NCBI RefSeq assembly: GCF_964194155.1
Contig: NC_135899.1
Location: 68,200,001-68,264,000 of the forward strand
Direction of reading: 5' to 3'
From: Cetorhinus maximus
Taxonomy: Eukaryota
Length of the DNA: 64,000 bases
Under the pieces are notes generated by a model that saw only the letters and a list, made by a program, of their open reading frames with translations, had not been told where the DNA came from and ran no database searches. The translations under genes were made by a program, and so were the position numbers. The number at the start of each line of letters is the position of its first letter. Position 1 is the first letter of the stretch. Positions 11,336-23,575 of the stretch are shown piece after piece.

Positions 11336-13954
11336 CACTTAAGCAGTGCATCAAATATTTCATACAATAATAACAAGGATATGGTTCAAACCCATGTTTG
11401 CAAAGCACAAAGGACTAGCAGTCGATCAACTTAAGTTCTTGGCCACCCACACATGCATCTGAAAATCAGGAAGAGAGGAATGATTGTTCCCATGCAACAT
11501 CACATCTTAGAAAGATATCAGCTGTCAAAGATATCTGATTTGAAAATGTCTATAATTTCCTTAAGAATCATGTTGCCAAGTGTAGTAACTCATCTTTAAT
11601 TTAGTAACATTTAAACTGGAGGCTTTAGTTTAAACACCCGTAGGATCCTTAATTAAATTATCGTAATTAAAATAAACTAAGGACAACCCTCACTCTGTAA
11701 TTCTCTGATGTAAACATTTATATTAGTCAATCTGACCTGTTATTTCTATATAACAGGACATACATTGAACAAGGGAATAATTTAATTTAGAAATTACTTA
11801 TGCACGTCTCGTCTCACAGTGTTGCATTGACTGGGCCCTATGAAAAGAAAAGCTAGAAACAGATCAGCAAACCCACATGATGCAGCGCAATCTCAGACAC
11901 CGACCACCCTTCCCCCTGACCTCTCCTGAAAGAGGGAAAAACAAAAGAGAACAAAGCCCGCAGCCAATGCTGGAAAAGCACTAGCTAATTCCTCAATGAG
12001 TCCCTGAGACAATCCAGTAAGATCCAGAAGACCATGCCTTATCATCCTCAAATTAACTGGCAATTTACCCTCGATAACTAGAAATATTTTCTTCTCCCAG
12101 GAACTTGTAAAGTTCTCTTTTAAATAATTGTATGACTTCTTACTTGTCACATCTTCCAGCAATCTGTCCCAGAGGACAATGTCATAGCAATACAACCTAA
12201 AACCCTATTTGCTTTCCTAACAGACAGCTGCTGTGTACTTTCAATGAATGGTCAGCTATTACACTCTTTTTTGATCCATTACATTTAACAGACACTTCTG
12301 CATGATAGACGCCTAGATGACATGCGTTTATCCACCTTAAAAAGATAGGGCATATGCTGGTCCATTCACCTTATTTATCTGTACTCAATCTACAACTTTT
12401 TGATTTGATATGCTGCACATGTTTTCTGTTATACGCAAATTTAAGCATAGTTCCACCTACCTCCACCTCCAAGACAGAATGGGATAAATATCAATGGAGG
12501 GTGGTTAAATAAGCAATCAGGTGTTAAACTGGTCATCAAAAATTGATCGGAGTTTCTATAATTAATTAATGCAATAAGAGGCACTGTAAAGAACAAGTCC
12601 TCTGTAGAATTGTTTGTTGTACTTGATGTCAGCATTCATTGTAATGGAGAGCCTTGCTTTACCTTGCAAATGGCCAAATATAAAATAAAGCTTTTGTGGA
12701 TAATAGCACATCCAAGTCATTAATTCTCAACATAACCTAATCACAGAAGCAACTTCAACACAACAGTCAGTTGTTTCACTTTTTACATTTGCCCCACGTC
12801 ACAATAGTAACTACAAACATGATCCAAGTATTCTGAGAGAGACTTATAGGCACCTTCTAAATGCAAGTTCTTTCTTGACAACAAAATGTTGTTTGAACCA
12901 AAGTAAACACAAACACAGTTTTAAAATCCTTTAAAAAGCACCGAGGATAATTCGCTTTTCCAACCACAAACTCTCTCGAATAGAAATAGAGAATTTGAGC
13001 CCAACTGTTTTATACTTTCCAGATTAGTTCCTAGTGTGAACACCTGGGCAGATCTTGTCAATCCAAGAGCAATGATTAACTCTTAAAGAGTTGGCAAGAC
13101 AGGTAAATACAGAAAGAAAAAAAGTATGCTGTGCTGCAGCATGTTCAAAGGTTCCTGTTGCACACACTCAGATACCCCCAGGTAAGGTAGAAGTGGCTCC
13201 CTGAAACCTGTGGAGGAAGCAAATCTACCCACTATGTGCACCACATCTTCACTACTCTCTGGTTTACTTGTTAATCTTGTATTAACATCTTCTAGTTCTC
13301 CAATTGCCTTAAATGAGAGAATTATTTGCGCTCAAATGATCCATTAATGCCCTTCAGCAGTTTTAAGACCTGGATCAGGGTACCCATGAGTTTTATTTTC
13401 TCTGTTGAGAGCAGGGCTAATTCCATTAGTGTGTCTTTATAACTTAGTAGTTTGACACCTTTGCATGTGGTTTAGACAATACTAACTGTTTAAAATCTGA
13501 ACTAGGTGTACCAGAGCAAACATGTCAGCCTAGTGCAGATTGATAGAAGTTAAACAGAACCTAAAGGTGAAAGGATAAAGCAGTTACATTCTGCTGGTAA
13601 CATATAGCAATCGAAAATATTGAGATTTTACCTTTGCCTGAGATTCAGACTTACAAGTACAGGGGTATAATTAACAAGACATCAATTTGAAGGTCTCAAA
13701 GAACTTGAAGGATTTTTCTTCCTTTCTGGGTCAAGTTGACATCACATTCTTCTTTTATACCAATCCCTGTTGTTACAAACAAGAATCACGAGAGCAGCTA
13801 CTGGAATTTGATCATTGAGGACTCAATAGCACAGTACAAATATGATTCAATTTGAACATCATTGTAGCTAATGTTTAATGGAGCTTTTGACCCAAGATTG
13901 TTCTTGTTACAAGATTATTTTACTGCATAAGATTCTTATCATGCAACTTTATTT

Positions 13955-15218
13955 ATTTTTATTCATTCATGGGGTGTGTGCGCTTTGCTGGCTGGGCCAG
14001 CATTAATTGCCCATCCCTAGTTACCCTTGAGAAGCTGGCGGTGAGCTGCCTTCTTGAACTGTTGCAGTCCATGTGGTTTAGGTACACCCGCAGTGCTGTT
14101 AGGGAGGGGGTTCCAGGATTTTGACCCATCAACAGTGAAGGAACAGCGATATGTTTCCAAGTCAGAATGGTGTGTAACTTGGAGGGGAACTTGCAGGTGG
14201 TGGTGTTCCCACCTATCAGCTTCCCTTGTCCTTCTAGATGGTAGTGGTTATGGGTTTGCAAGGTGCTGTCTGAGGAGCCATGGTGAATTCCTGCATCTTG
14301 TAGATGGTACACACTGCTGCCACTGTGTGTCGGTGGGGGAGGGAGTTAACGTTTGTGGATGTGGTGCCAGTTAAGCTTTGTCCTGGATGGTGTCAAGCTT
14401 CTTGAGCGTTGTGGGAGCTGCACTCATCCAGGCAAGTGGGGAGTATTCCATCATACTCCTGACTTGTGCCTTGTAGATGGTTGCACAATTCCTAGCCTGT
14501 GACCTGCTCTTGTATCCACAGTATTTATATGGCTAGTCCTGGTCAATGGTAACCCCCAGGATGTTGATAGTGGGGGATTCAGTGATGGTAAAGCCATTGA
14601 ACATCAAGGAGCGATGGTTGGATGTTCTCTTGTAGGAGATGGTCATTACCTGGCACTTGTGTGGGGAGAATGTTACTTGCCACTTGTCAGCCCAAACCTG
14701 GATATTGTGCAGGTCTTCCTGCAGTTGGACATGGACTGCTTCAGTATCTGAGGAGTCGCAAATGGTGCTGAACATTGTGCAATCATCTGCAAACATCTCC
14801 ACTTCTGACCTTATGATGGAAGGGAGGTCATAGATGAAGCAGTTGAAGATGGTTGGGTTGAGGACACTACCCTGAGGAATTCCTGCAGTGATGTCCTGGA
14901 GCTGAGCTGACTGACCTCCAAGAACCACAACCATCTTCCTTTGTGCTAGGTATGAGTCCGACCAGTGGAGAATTTTCCCATGATTTCCATTGGCTCCGGT
15001 TTTGCTAGGGCTCCTTGATGCCACACTCAGTCAAATGCAGCCTTGATGTCAAGGGCAATCACTCTCACCTCACCTCGGGAGTTCAGCTATTTTGTCCATG
15101 TTTGAACCAAGTCTGTAATGAGGTCAGGAGCTGAGTGGCCGTGGCAGAACCCAAACTGTGCGTCAGTGAGCAGGTTATTGCTAAACAAGTGCCGTTTGAT
15201 AGCACTGTTGATGATTCC
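13955..15218 (-). mobile_element. HER1-like LINE, 5'-truncated RT + 3' tail
   Basis: GIPQGSVLNPTIF and MFADDCT motifs; tail agggatgggcaattaatgctggc...ccatgaatgaataaaa shared with HE1-type SINE; internal deletion. Confidence 0.88.
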
Positions 15219-16889
15219 AAAAGGCAAGAAGGTCTTAGTCAGTGTTCATCTCTGTAACAAATGTTAATGGAATTTAGTGATCAGCTTTTTAAGAGTTTAG
15301 AGGACAGGGTAAGTGAACCATCCATCCACAATTAGACCTTCAGTTAGGTGCTTGCCAACTGTAGGAAACATCTCGAGGCAGCCTAGATGATATCTGGGTA
15401 AATTTACTGTTAACTTTGGCCGAATGGTCCATGCAGGTGAAGGACCATTCGGAGAAGTACAAGAGGAAGATCAGCCAAAAGAAGGAGGTAGAGGCAAAAG
15501 GAACTTTGGCAGAGGGAGAAGATCCAGGTGAAACAGGAAGACCAGTAGAATCTGCAAGATATGCAATGACAGGAATATGAGATGCAAAAGAAGTAGCCGT
15601 GGCATGAGGACCAGAGTGGCATGCATTCTTAGCCTCCATATCCATTTTGGTAAATGCTCTAGTACGTGACCTGTCGGAGAGACCGCAAGACATGATAAAT
15701 TTTGGTCAGCATATCACAACTCAGAATTGACGGAAATAAAGTTTGAGAAAACTCTAGTTTTTTTTAAAAAGAAAAATTGTGAATAAAGTTCTGCACCAGT
15801 GTAATTACATTTTTGTAAATATGTGTGGATCCACAATGGACATTAAAACTGCCAGCACTCTAACGGAAAATGGTCAATAAATAAATTTATGTCTACAGAT
15901 ATTTCCACCTCAAAAATTACACTTTTCCCATGAGTTTGTCAGTGGGATTGTATTCAGTTCATCTTGTGATTACTTCCCCATGCATTTCTCCATTAACCTT
16001 CGCCTAACAGCTCCCCTAACCTCAGTAATTGTAGATGTTGTTAAGTCTAGTTTGCATTCATTTAGTCTAATGATTTCTCCTGGCTGGGGTCTGTTGGTAG
16101 GGGTAGGTTGGGGCTGGCTGTAAAGAACCATCATTAGGTATTGTACAGATCTAAGTGGTTGAGTGTTTAACCCCTCGCTGTCTTACTGATGGCAGTCACC
16201 GCTGGGAGTTTGTGTGCTTAATCCCAGCGGGATGGTGTCTGAAGACATTGGCGTCCAAAGAAGAAGTAATATCACAGGGGCTTCAGCTTTCATAAATGAT
16301 GCATTCTGTTGAACTCATTAAAATTGCCAGCAAGATTTTTTTTAAATATTGCTGTATTCATGGTGGAACCCTTGGCTTATCAGCCCCAAGATTCTTATAA
16401 TTAAACAGGATCATGGTATTGTACAGGCTTAACAAATATTATAGAAGCAGAACTAGAAATAAGTATAAGAGAAGATGATAAATCTTAAGGTTTTTACTGT
16501 TGTGCTCAGTTGCTGAGCCAAGATGTTTGAGTATGCACTAATTTATGGAAAATTTGTAAACTGCGCATCAGTGGCCTTTACAACTTCGTTGGGAGTTGCC
16601 CGGATTTGTTACAATTGTCCGTGGCAATGTTGAACAGTTTTTATTGCACGAGAAATTATATAAAGCACAAAGGGAGGACATTTTATACTTCCATAACAAG
16701 ATAACAGCTGCTTTGAGACTACAGCAAAGTGGCTTCAGCCACAATTAGATGTGGAGAGTAGGTTGGACTCAATCATTTGGAAACTGTTGATAGGTTTCCA
16801 AGAGTTGCTGATAGAAACTGATGATTTCTGAAAAACTAAGTTCATTTCTTCTTCTGTTCTCTGCCCCAAGGCAGGCCCATCCTACATCG

Positions 16890-17010
16890 CCATGATCTCC
16901 ACCACAGGCAGGGCGAAGAGTTAGGTCCCGAATCCACCCCAGCCAGAAAAGGGATCGAACCCTGTGCTGTTGGCACCAATCTGGTCCATACCAGCCATCC
17001 AGCCAACCAC
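16890..17010 (-). mobile_element. tRNA-derived SINE head relic
   Basis: B-box GGGTTCGATCCC on minus strand with upstream A-box-like TGGCTGGATGG. Confidence 0.5.
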
Positions 17011-17184
17011 ATCACCCCTCAAAATACACTTTTACATTTGTGTTTTAGCCTGGAGCTATGAAAAGTGGTAGGAAAGGCTCCAATTTCTTTCCATCTCTTG
17101 ACTGACCAGGAACCTCTCTCCCACTCTTACTGCCTACTATTAGCATATGTTGGAAATATTTACAAGTTGATAATCAACCTGCTT

Positions 17185-17290
17185 GCTTGCATTACGAACA
17201 CTTAGCCATCAAGTCTTGGAGTGGGATTTGAACCCAGAGCATCTGAGTCAGAGACCAGGACACTACTTACTGCACCACATGACCTCCTTC
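17185..17290 (-). mobile_element. tRNA-derived SINE head relic
   Basis: A-box TGGTGCAGTAAG and B-box GGGTTCAAATCCC on minus strand. Confidence 0.55.
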
Positions 17291-17384
17291 AGCCTATTTG
17301 TAACATTTTTTATTCAATGATCAGTCCATCTTAATGCTGGGAATAAAAAATAGACAGGGAAAGAAAATGGATGAAGGAAGTTTG

Positions 17385-17830
17385 TAGTCTGTTGTGGCTC
17401 ACTTGGGAGTATTCCTGCCTTTGAAGCATAAGATACTAAATTCAAGTCCCAGGGCTTGAGAACAAAAATCAAGGGTGATACTCTATTGCAGTGCTGAGGG
17501 AGCATTGCAATATCAGAGGTGCTGTCTTTCAGATGAGATGTTAAACTGAGGCCCCATTTGCCTGCTCATCAGTTAGATGACACTATTTTGAAGAAGAGCA
17601 GGGGAGTTTTCCCTTGTGCCCTGACCACTTTTTTATCTTTCAATCAACATCACAAACAAACCGATTATCTGGTCATTAACACATTGCTGTTTGTGGGAGT
17701 TTGCTGTGTGCCTTTTGGCTGCTGTGTTTCCTGCATTACAACAGTGACTGCACTTCAAAAAGTACTTCATTGGTTGTAAAGCACTTTGAGACATCCAATA
17801 GTCTTGTAAAATGCTACTTAAACTTGTCTT
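17385..17830 (+). mobile_element. Deu-domain SINE (SacSINE1/AmnSINE1-related), near full length
   Basis: tRNA-like head; gaggtgctgtctttcagatgagatgttaaactgaggcc and attgctgtttgtgggag Deu core; tgtaaagcactttg tail. Confidence 0.78.
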
Positions 17831-18199
17831 TTTTCTTTTCCGACGCTGACCATCAACTCAGTCCACCTGCTAAATGGTAACAAATTTTAAAACAACAAAT
17901 AGATTAATCTAAATCAGTCTAAAGATTAGTGCAATATATTGTAATGTCTTGAAATTTTTTTAAAAATGCAATGTCTAAGAAGAACAACATAAAATGAAAT
18001 GAAAATGGCCCATTTCGCCGAGAAGCTCCCTATTCTTAAAAGGCCATATATATTATGAACTGAGCTGGATTCCTCCCAATATTTCTGGGAAGGGAATTGT
18101 GAATTTCTTTTAGAAAATCAACTGTAAACTTTGTCCCTGATCAACAACAACTTAGTATATTAATGCAACACAACCAATTGCAGTATATATATATTTGTA

Positions 18200-18765
18200 T
18201 ACATGTACAAGACACTAGTTAGACCTCAGCTGGAGTATTGTGTACAGTTCTGGGCACCACACTTTAGGAAGGATGTGAACATGTTGGAGAGGGTGCAGAA
18301 GAGGTTTTCAAGAATGGTTCCAGGGATGGGAAACTTCAGTTATGACGATAGGTTGGCGAGGTTGAGCCTATTCTCCTTGGCGAAGAGAAGGATAAGAGAT
18401 TTGATAGAGGTGTTCAAAATCATGAGGGGGCTGAACAGAGTAAATAGTGAGAAACTGTTCCCGTTTTTAAAAGGACCAAGAACGAGAGGGCACAGTTTTA
18501 AAGTAATTTGTAAAAGAAGCAAATGCAATGAGAGAAAGAACTTTTTCACATAGCGAGTGGTTCGGGTCTAGAATGCATTGCCTGGAAGTGTGGTGGAGGC
18601 AGGTTCAATTGAGGCATTCAAGAGGGCATTGGATGATTATTTGAATAGAAACAACGTGCAGGGGTACAGGGAAAAGGCAGGAAAATGGCACTAAGTCATA
18701 ATGATCATTTGTCAGCCGGTGAGCCGAATAGCCTCCTTCTGTACTGTAACAATTCTATGATTCTG
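18200..18765 (+). mobile_element. CR1 LINE 3' fragment
   Basis: YKTLVRPQLEYCVQFWAPHFRKDV...RTRGH; 3' UTR and attctatgattct tail. Confidence 0.92.
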
Positions 18766-19234
18766 ATCCTGTATGATTGAATTCCACTGTTAAAACTCCG
18801 CGGTCTGATACTGAAGAGATCCACACTTACCTTTATAACCTTCAGTCCCATTCTACATAGGCCTGGACTACATGAGGAAGTTAATCAACAAAAATTAACA
18901 GCTTTTGTAGGGGTGACACACACATTTAGCATTTTTCAAATCTCCAGGCTATAGGCACGCTTGAGACTTTCCAAATTTGTACTCATGTCCTCTAGGTCTG
19001 AGATCACCATTTAAGTTAAATGATCTATTTACATCGGCATTACTTATGCCTTTCAGCATTTTAAACACCTTGATAATGTCCACTCTCAATCATTCTATGA
19101 TAAATATAGCCTAGAAATGATTGTTACCAATATTAGTGGACAAACATGCCCCTATGACATTTTAATGGAGGAGTCAGCCCATTTAAAGTAAACAGGGTAA
19201 TGCCTCTATTCTAACACAGTTTATTATTAGATGC

Positions 19235-19625
19235 AATAAATGTTAATGCATTGATCTCTGTAGTCTAATAGTTTTTTGAGCATCCCCTTGTAACTTGATA
19301 CTTGAAATTATGCTTGCTGCTGTTCTCTGAACCCTTTCCAATGCGTCAAGGTCCTTTGAAAATAGTGGGGTAGGATTCCCATGGGGATTCTCCCAGCCTC
19401 CCACTGTACCTTCAGATTGGTAGAAACACCAGAGCAATGGAATAAACTACCATCCACACCATTTCTCCAAAGTTTACATAGAATTGCATTAAATGTTACA
19501 GCACAGAAACAGGTCATTCGGCCCATCAGGCCTATGCTGGTGCTTTGGCTCCACAAGAGCCTCCCCTCACCATATTTCATCTCCTGCTATCAATATATTT
19601 CTTTCTGTACTCCTCTATGTGCTTA
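19235..19625 (-). mobile_element. Old CR1 fragments
   Basis: FSKDLDALERVQR peptide; CR1 3' UTR at about 19478-19620. Confidence 0.55.
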
Positions 19626-19739
19626 TCTCATTTTTACTAATCTGCTAAAGTATGGGGAAATAAAATTTGGGGCTGTGACATGTGAGGTATGTTGTGGCTA
19701 AAAATTTAAAATTTTACACTTTGAATTTGGAGAAGATGT

Positions 19740-20385
19740 AATGTAGCAGAGCAGAAGAACCTAAGGGTTCAGACATTAAAAGCTGAACCTCAAGTGGAAA
19801 AAGACCACAAAAATGCGATTGGAATTCCATGGCAAGAGGTACAGAATGTAATAGTGGCAATCTAATCAGTATAAAGACCTATACAATGGTTTGAGTAATG
19901 TGTGCAGTTCTGTGCGCTACATTACAGAAAGGATGTTGAAGCAATATTGAGGATGCAGCAGAAACTCATTGGGATACTGCCTAATATGATGAAATACAAA
20001 TATGAAGAAAAATGTGAAAAATCAAGGTTTTTCCATTAGAGGAACAGAGATAATGTGAGAGAGCTGTATAATATTGAGTGGAATGGTATCGATAGAAGCA
20101 GGTTATTTCTAGTGGTTGAAGGGAGGTTGCAACAAGGAGTCAGATTATATGTAAGGGAGAGGATAGAGAGTAGAAGGAACTTTTTTAGGCAGGGACAATG
20201 GAATATGTTACCAGAGTTAATGATTGAAGCAAAGACCGTGTCACCTTTTTTCTAATGGATTTAATGGGTGGTTGAAAGAAAGGGGACAAACTGGCACACA
20301 CACAGAATGAGGGCCACTGCTTGTGTGGGGCATGAACACCAACATGGATTGATTGAGTTGAACAGCCTGTTGTTATTTCTACGTA
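19740..20385 (+). mobile_element. Highly decayed CR1 3' fragment
   Basis: Residual EYCVQF-like, RRNFF and WNMLPE motifs plus 3' UTR. Confidence 0.6.
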
Positions 20386-23214
20386 GCTCTCTCACCTTTG
20401 GGTGAGATCGGGTGTTTGTTAGAGGGGTAATGTGAAGAGAGGGTAGTGGGAGTGTAGACTCTTTCCAGAGGGGTAAGCTGGGCTGGGAGCCATCACTTTG
20501 CGTATTTTGTGACACTTAGGTACTGAGGCATATAGACCAAGAAGATTCGCTTTTGATCCCTGGTCTTTGCTGACTAAAGTAGGCCCCAGTGTCCCTTAGT
20601 GCTGCACTGAAGTGTCAGCCAGGATAATGACTTTTGGTCCCTGGAGTGGGGCTTGAATCCATGGCCTCCTGACTTGCAAAAGATCCGGAATAACTTCTAA
20701 TACTTAAGGCAGTGCCAGGAATCATCAAACAAATTCATGGAATGTAAAAAAGCTGCCGGGAAAAGGTACATATCACAAAACCCATGGGTGTTAATGATCC
20801 TTTCCACCAGGTTGAACTAGATGTTCAAAATACTATCATAGGTACAGGAGTCATGATTTCACAGGAGGATTGATGTAATCAGTGATGACACCACACCATC
20901 GGTCTGGAAGTTAATGGTCTGGCAGGTTCCGAGGGATTACTGTATGAAATCATAACAGTTCATATCTTTCTGCTTCATTTGCCTTATGTTTTGCAACAAT
21001 GAATATGATTTTGCAACTGCTGCTTTTCCCATTCAAGAACAGGATGCCTAAAATGTGTGGAAACTCTTGGTTGAGCAGTTCTCTAATTTTATATTGTCCT
21101 GGCTATGTTATTAAGTACTGTAACCCTTCAAATCAGTCTGTGCAATCACAGCTCCTCCCCTCGGGCACCCCTCAGACCCTAACTGATTGTTGGCCCCAGA
21201 TTAAACGTGGTAATTGGAGTTAAGATGGAGTGCTGCAGATTGCAGGGACCTTGCCCTGGGCTCTGGGATGCTACTGCTGTAAAAATGTGCAGATGCTCCT
21301 TGCAGCTTTTCCTGGACTTGAGCTGAGAGATAGAGTACACAGATTGAACTGCAATACAACCTTCAGTCACATTTAATAACTCTTATTTCACCGGGTCCCA
21401 GGCCCTGCGGCTAACATGGCAGTTTCTCAGAAACCTAATCTCTGATCTTTAAAAATATAATTATCCCGACAATACCAAAAATCAATGGCGAAAACTGTTT
21501 TCTTTGGTTCCGACACACATTTTATAATTTGCCACATCAGTCTATTCAGTACTTTGAAGTCTGTTCTAAATTTATTTGTACTTGGAGTGGAGCACTCCTA
21601 TTATAATCCCCAATTTCTCATCTGGATTTATTCAGCAGGCTGTGACACTGCTCAGAAAAAAACAAAGAAGAAGGTTGAACCAGAACTAAAAATGACAAGA
21701 ACCAGATACAGATACCAAATGGATTGGCTGCAGAATGAGGTGAGCTCAGGAGGAAAAATATTAAAGAAAAATAGAGCATCTTAGAAAAATTGAGAAATAA
21801 GGAATAATAAATTAAAGGATGAACTCAAAGGTTAAGGTTATCCACAGACAAATCTACGTAAGAGATAACCAAGCTAAGTATGGGTATGGATAGTAGACTG
21901 TTGTGCCAAATTGCAAGTTGCTTTTTGACTTACTGAAATTGTTGAATCTAAAAAACAATGCAACACTAAGCTGACTGGATATGGTCACAAGACTGTGAAG
22001 CCATCATGATGAGTGACAGGATGCAGATTCACTCCCACAATCTTTCACTGAATGAGTTCTCAGTCACTTCCTTGCAGTCAGTAGAAAGCACGGACAAGAT
22101 ACCAAACACTGCCCGACAGATCTTCGAAAAGATACACTGCACCATGTGCAAAATTACAGATTATTTAAGAAACTGGAGTGGTATCTTACCTGTATTTGTA
22201 ATAGCTGAGAATAAATGGGAAGTTATGCATGAATTGACTGACCTGCCTGTAGTAAAGCGGCAGTGGATTTAGCAGGTGAATGACATTCACTCATAAAGGA
22301 AAGAATCATATCCCTAAAATCCCTGTAAAAACTGAATGTACTGAACGGGGAGGAAGCGATGTCCCACAGAATGGAACACAAACTGAGTAGAGCTGTGAAC
22401 AGAAAATGCGACAGTAGTGCTGCAAGGTATCTATACAGAGAAAGGATGTGGTACTCATGACACCAGGAGAGTGACTGCGCGGATCACACCAGAACTGCAT
22501 TTCAAGGATTTGTCAAGATTTAAGCCAATATTGAAATTTATCTTGGGAAAGTGATAATTAGTGAATGTAACCTTCTTGAAACAGCATGCTATACTGTGAC
22601 ATAAAACACATGACATTCACAAGGAAGGAAAGGAACGACATATCTGGGGGTAGTACATATACCTCTTAATGTTCTGCTTTGGTTTCATCAATTAGACAAA
22701 GTCAGCCTGCTTTTCTCCCCCAAGTTGTAAATGCTCAAAATTAACAAATAAAATAAGATCTTAAATGCAAATATAAAAGTATGTACTGTTTCTCCAAGGA
22801 AATTCTGTTCAGAAACAACACTAGCTATTGAGATACAGGCAGAACCTAAAACTACTAACTGAACAAATGGATAACAATCTTCAAATGCAATGATAATCAT
22901 ATAATAATCTCAATAAATGGGAATATGAAAGAAAGTGCCGTCATTTAAAATCGATTTTTGTGTCTGACCCACACATTCTAACTGAAGGACAAGGAAAGTA
23001 TCAATGGTTAGTCTTTCTCAGGCAGACATTTTATCTGTTTGATCTATTGAAATGCAAATTGACAAAGCCATAGTGGTAGCCTACTTGCATTTGTAATTGG
23101 GAAAAGGTGTTGCAAACCAATCAGTCAGGACTAGGTGTAAATAAAATACAAAATAGAAGCTAAAAGGCTACTTGACGAAATATTTAACAAGTGGAAGGAT
23201 GACAGATGTCCAAG

Positions 23215-23575
23215 GTATCTGGGAATTCTGCCATCCATTCTTAATTAGCACTTTTCTTAGATAATATCACCACCTTCAACGCCTCTTTGATCCTTTTGTC
23301 TGTGACATATTTTGATTATCTGCTCCTATCACTGCTTGCTTGTCCCCAAAACCACCCCACCCTCAACTTCTCTCTCCCCCTGCCCCCCACCTTAAACCAG
23401 CTTATATTTCCCCTCTCTCCTAACTATACTTCAGTTCTGTTGAAGGGTCACGTGGACCCGAAACGTCAGCTCTTTTCTTCTCCACCGATGTTGCCAGACC
23501 TGCTGAGTTTTTCCAGGTAATTCTGTTTTTGTTTTGGATTTCCAGCATCCGCAGTAGCTTTTTGTTTTTATATTT
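23215..23575 (+). mobile_element. Penelope-like 3' UTR / terminal repeat
   Basis: Pyrimidine-rich 3' UTR, then hammerhead motif and the shared gacctgctgagtttttccagg...atttccagcatccgcagta tail. Confidence 0.72.
23433..23471 (+). ncRNA. Minimal type I hammerhead ribozyme motif (one core substitution)
   Basis: AGUU-CUGUUGA-A-GGGUC-ACGUG-GACCC-GAAAC-GUC-AGCU; stems I and II pair; CUGANGA box reads CUGUUGA. Confidence 0.55.

Noticed and set aside
11893-12195. 100-aa minus-strand ORF that reads like a protein
   Set aside because: Starts at TTG, its hydrophobic tail is just a polypyrimidine tract, and no family is recognisable; treated as splice signals instead.
13112-13181. Plus-strand exon candidate ending CCAG|GTAAGG
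   Set aside because: No polypyrimidine tract, and an in-frame stop lies immediately upstream.
15309-15364. Intron from the strong donor AGG|GTAAGT to the acceptor at 15364
   Set aside because: Only 56 nt, too short for a typical vertebrate intron.
16890-17460. tRNA genes suggested by A/B boxes
   Set aside because: No cloverleaf; these are decayed SINE heads.
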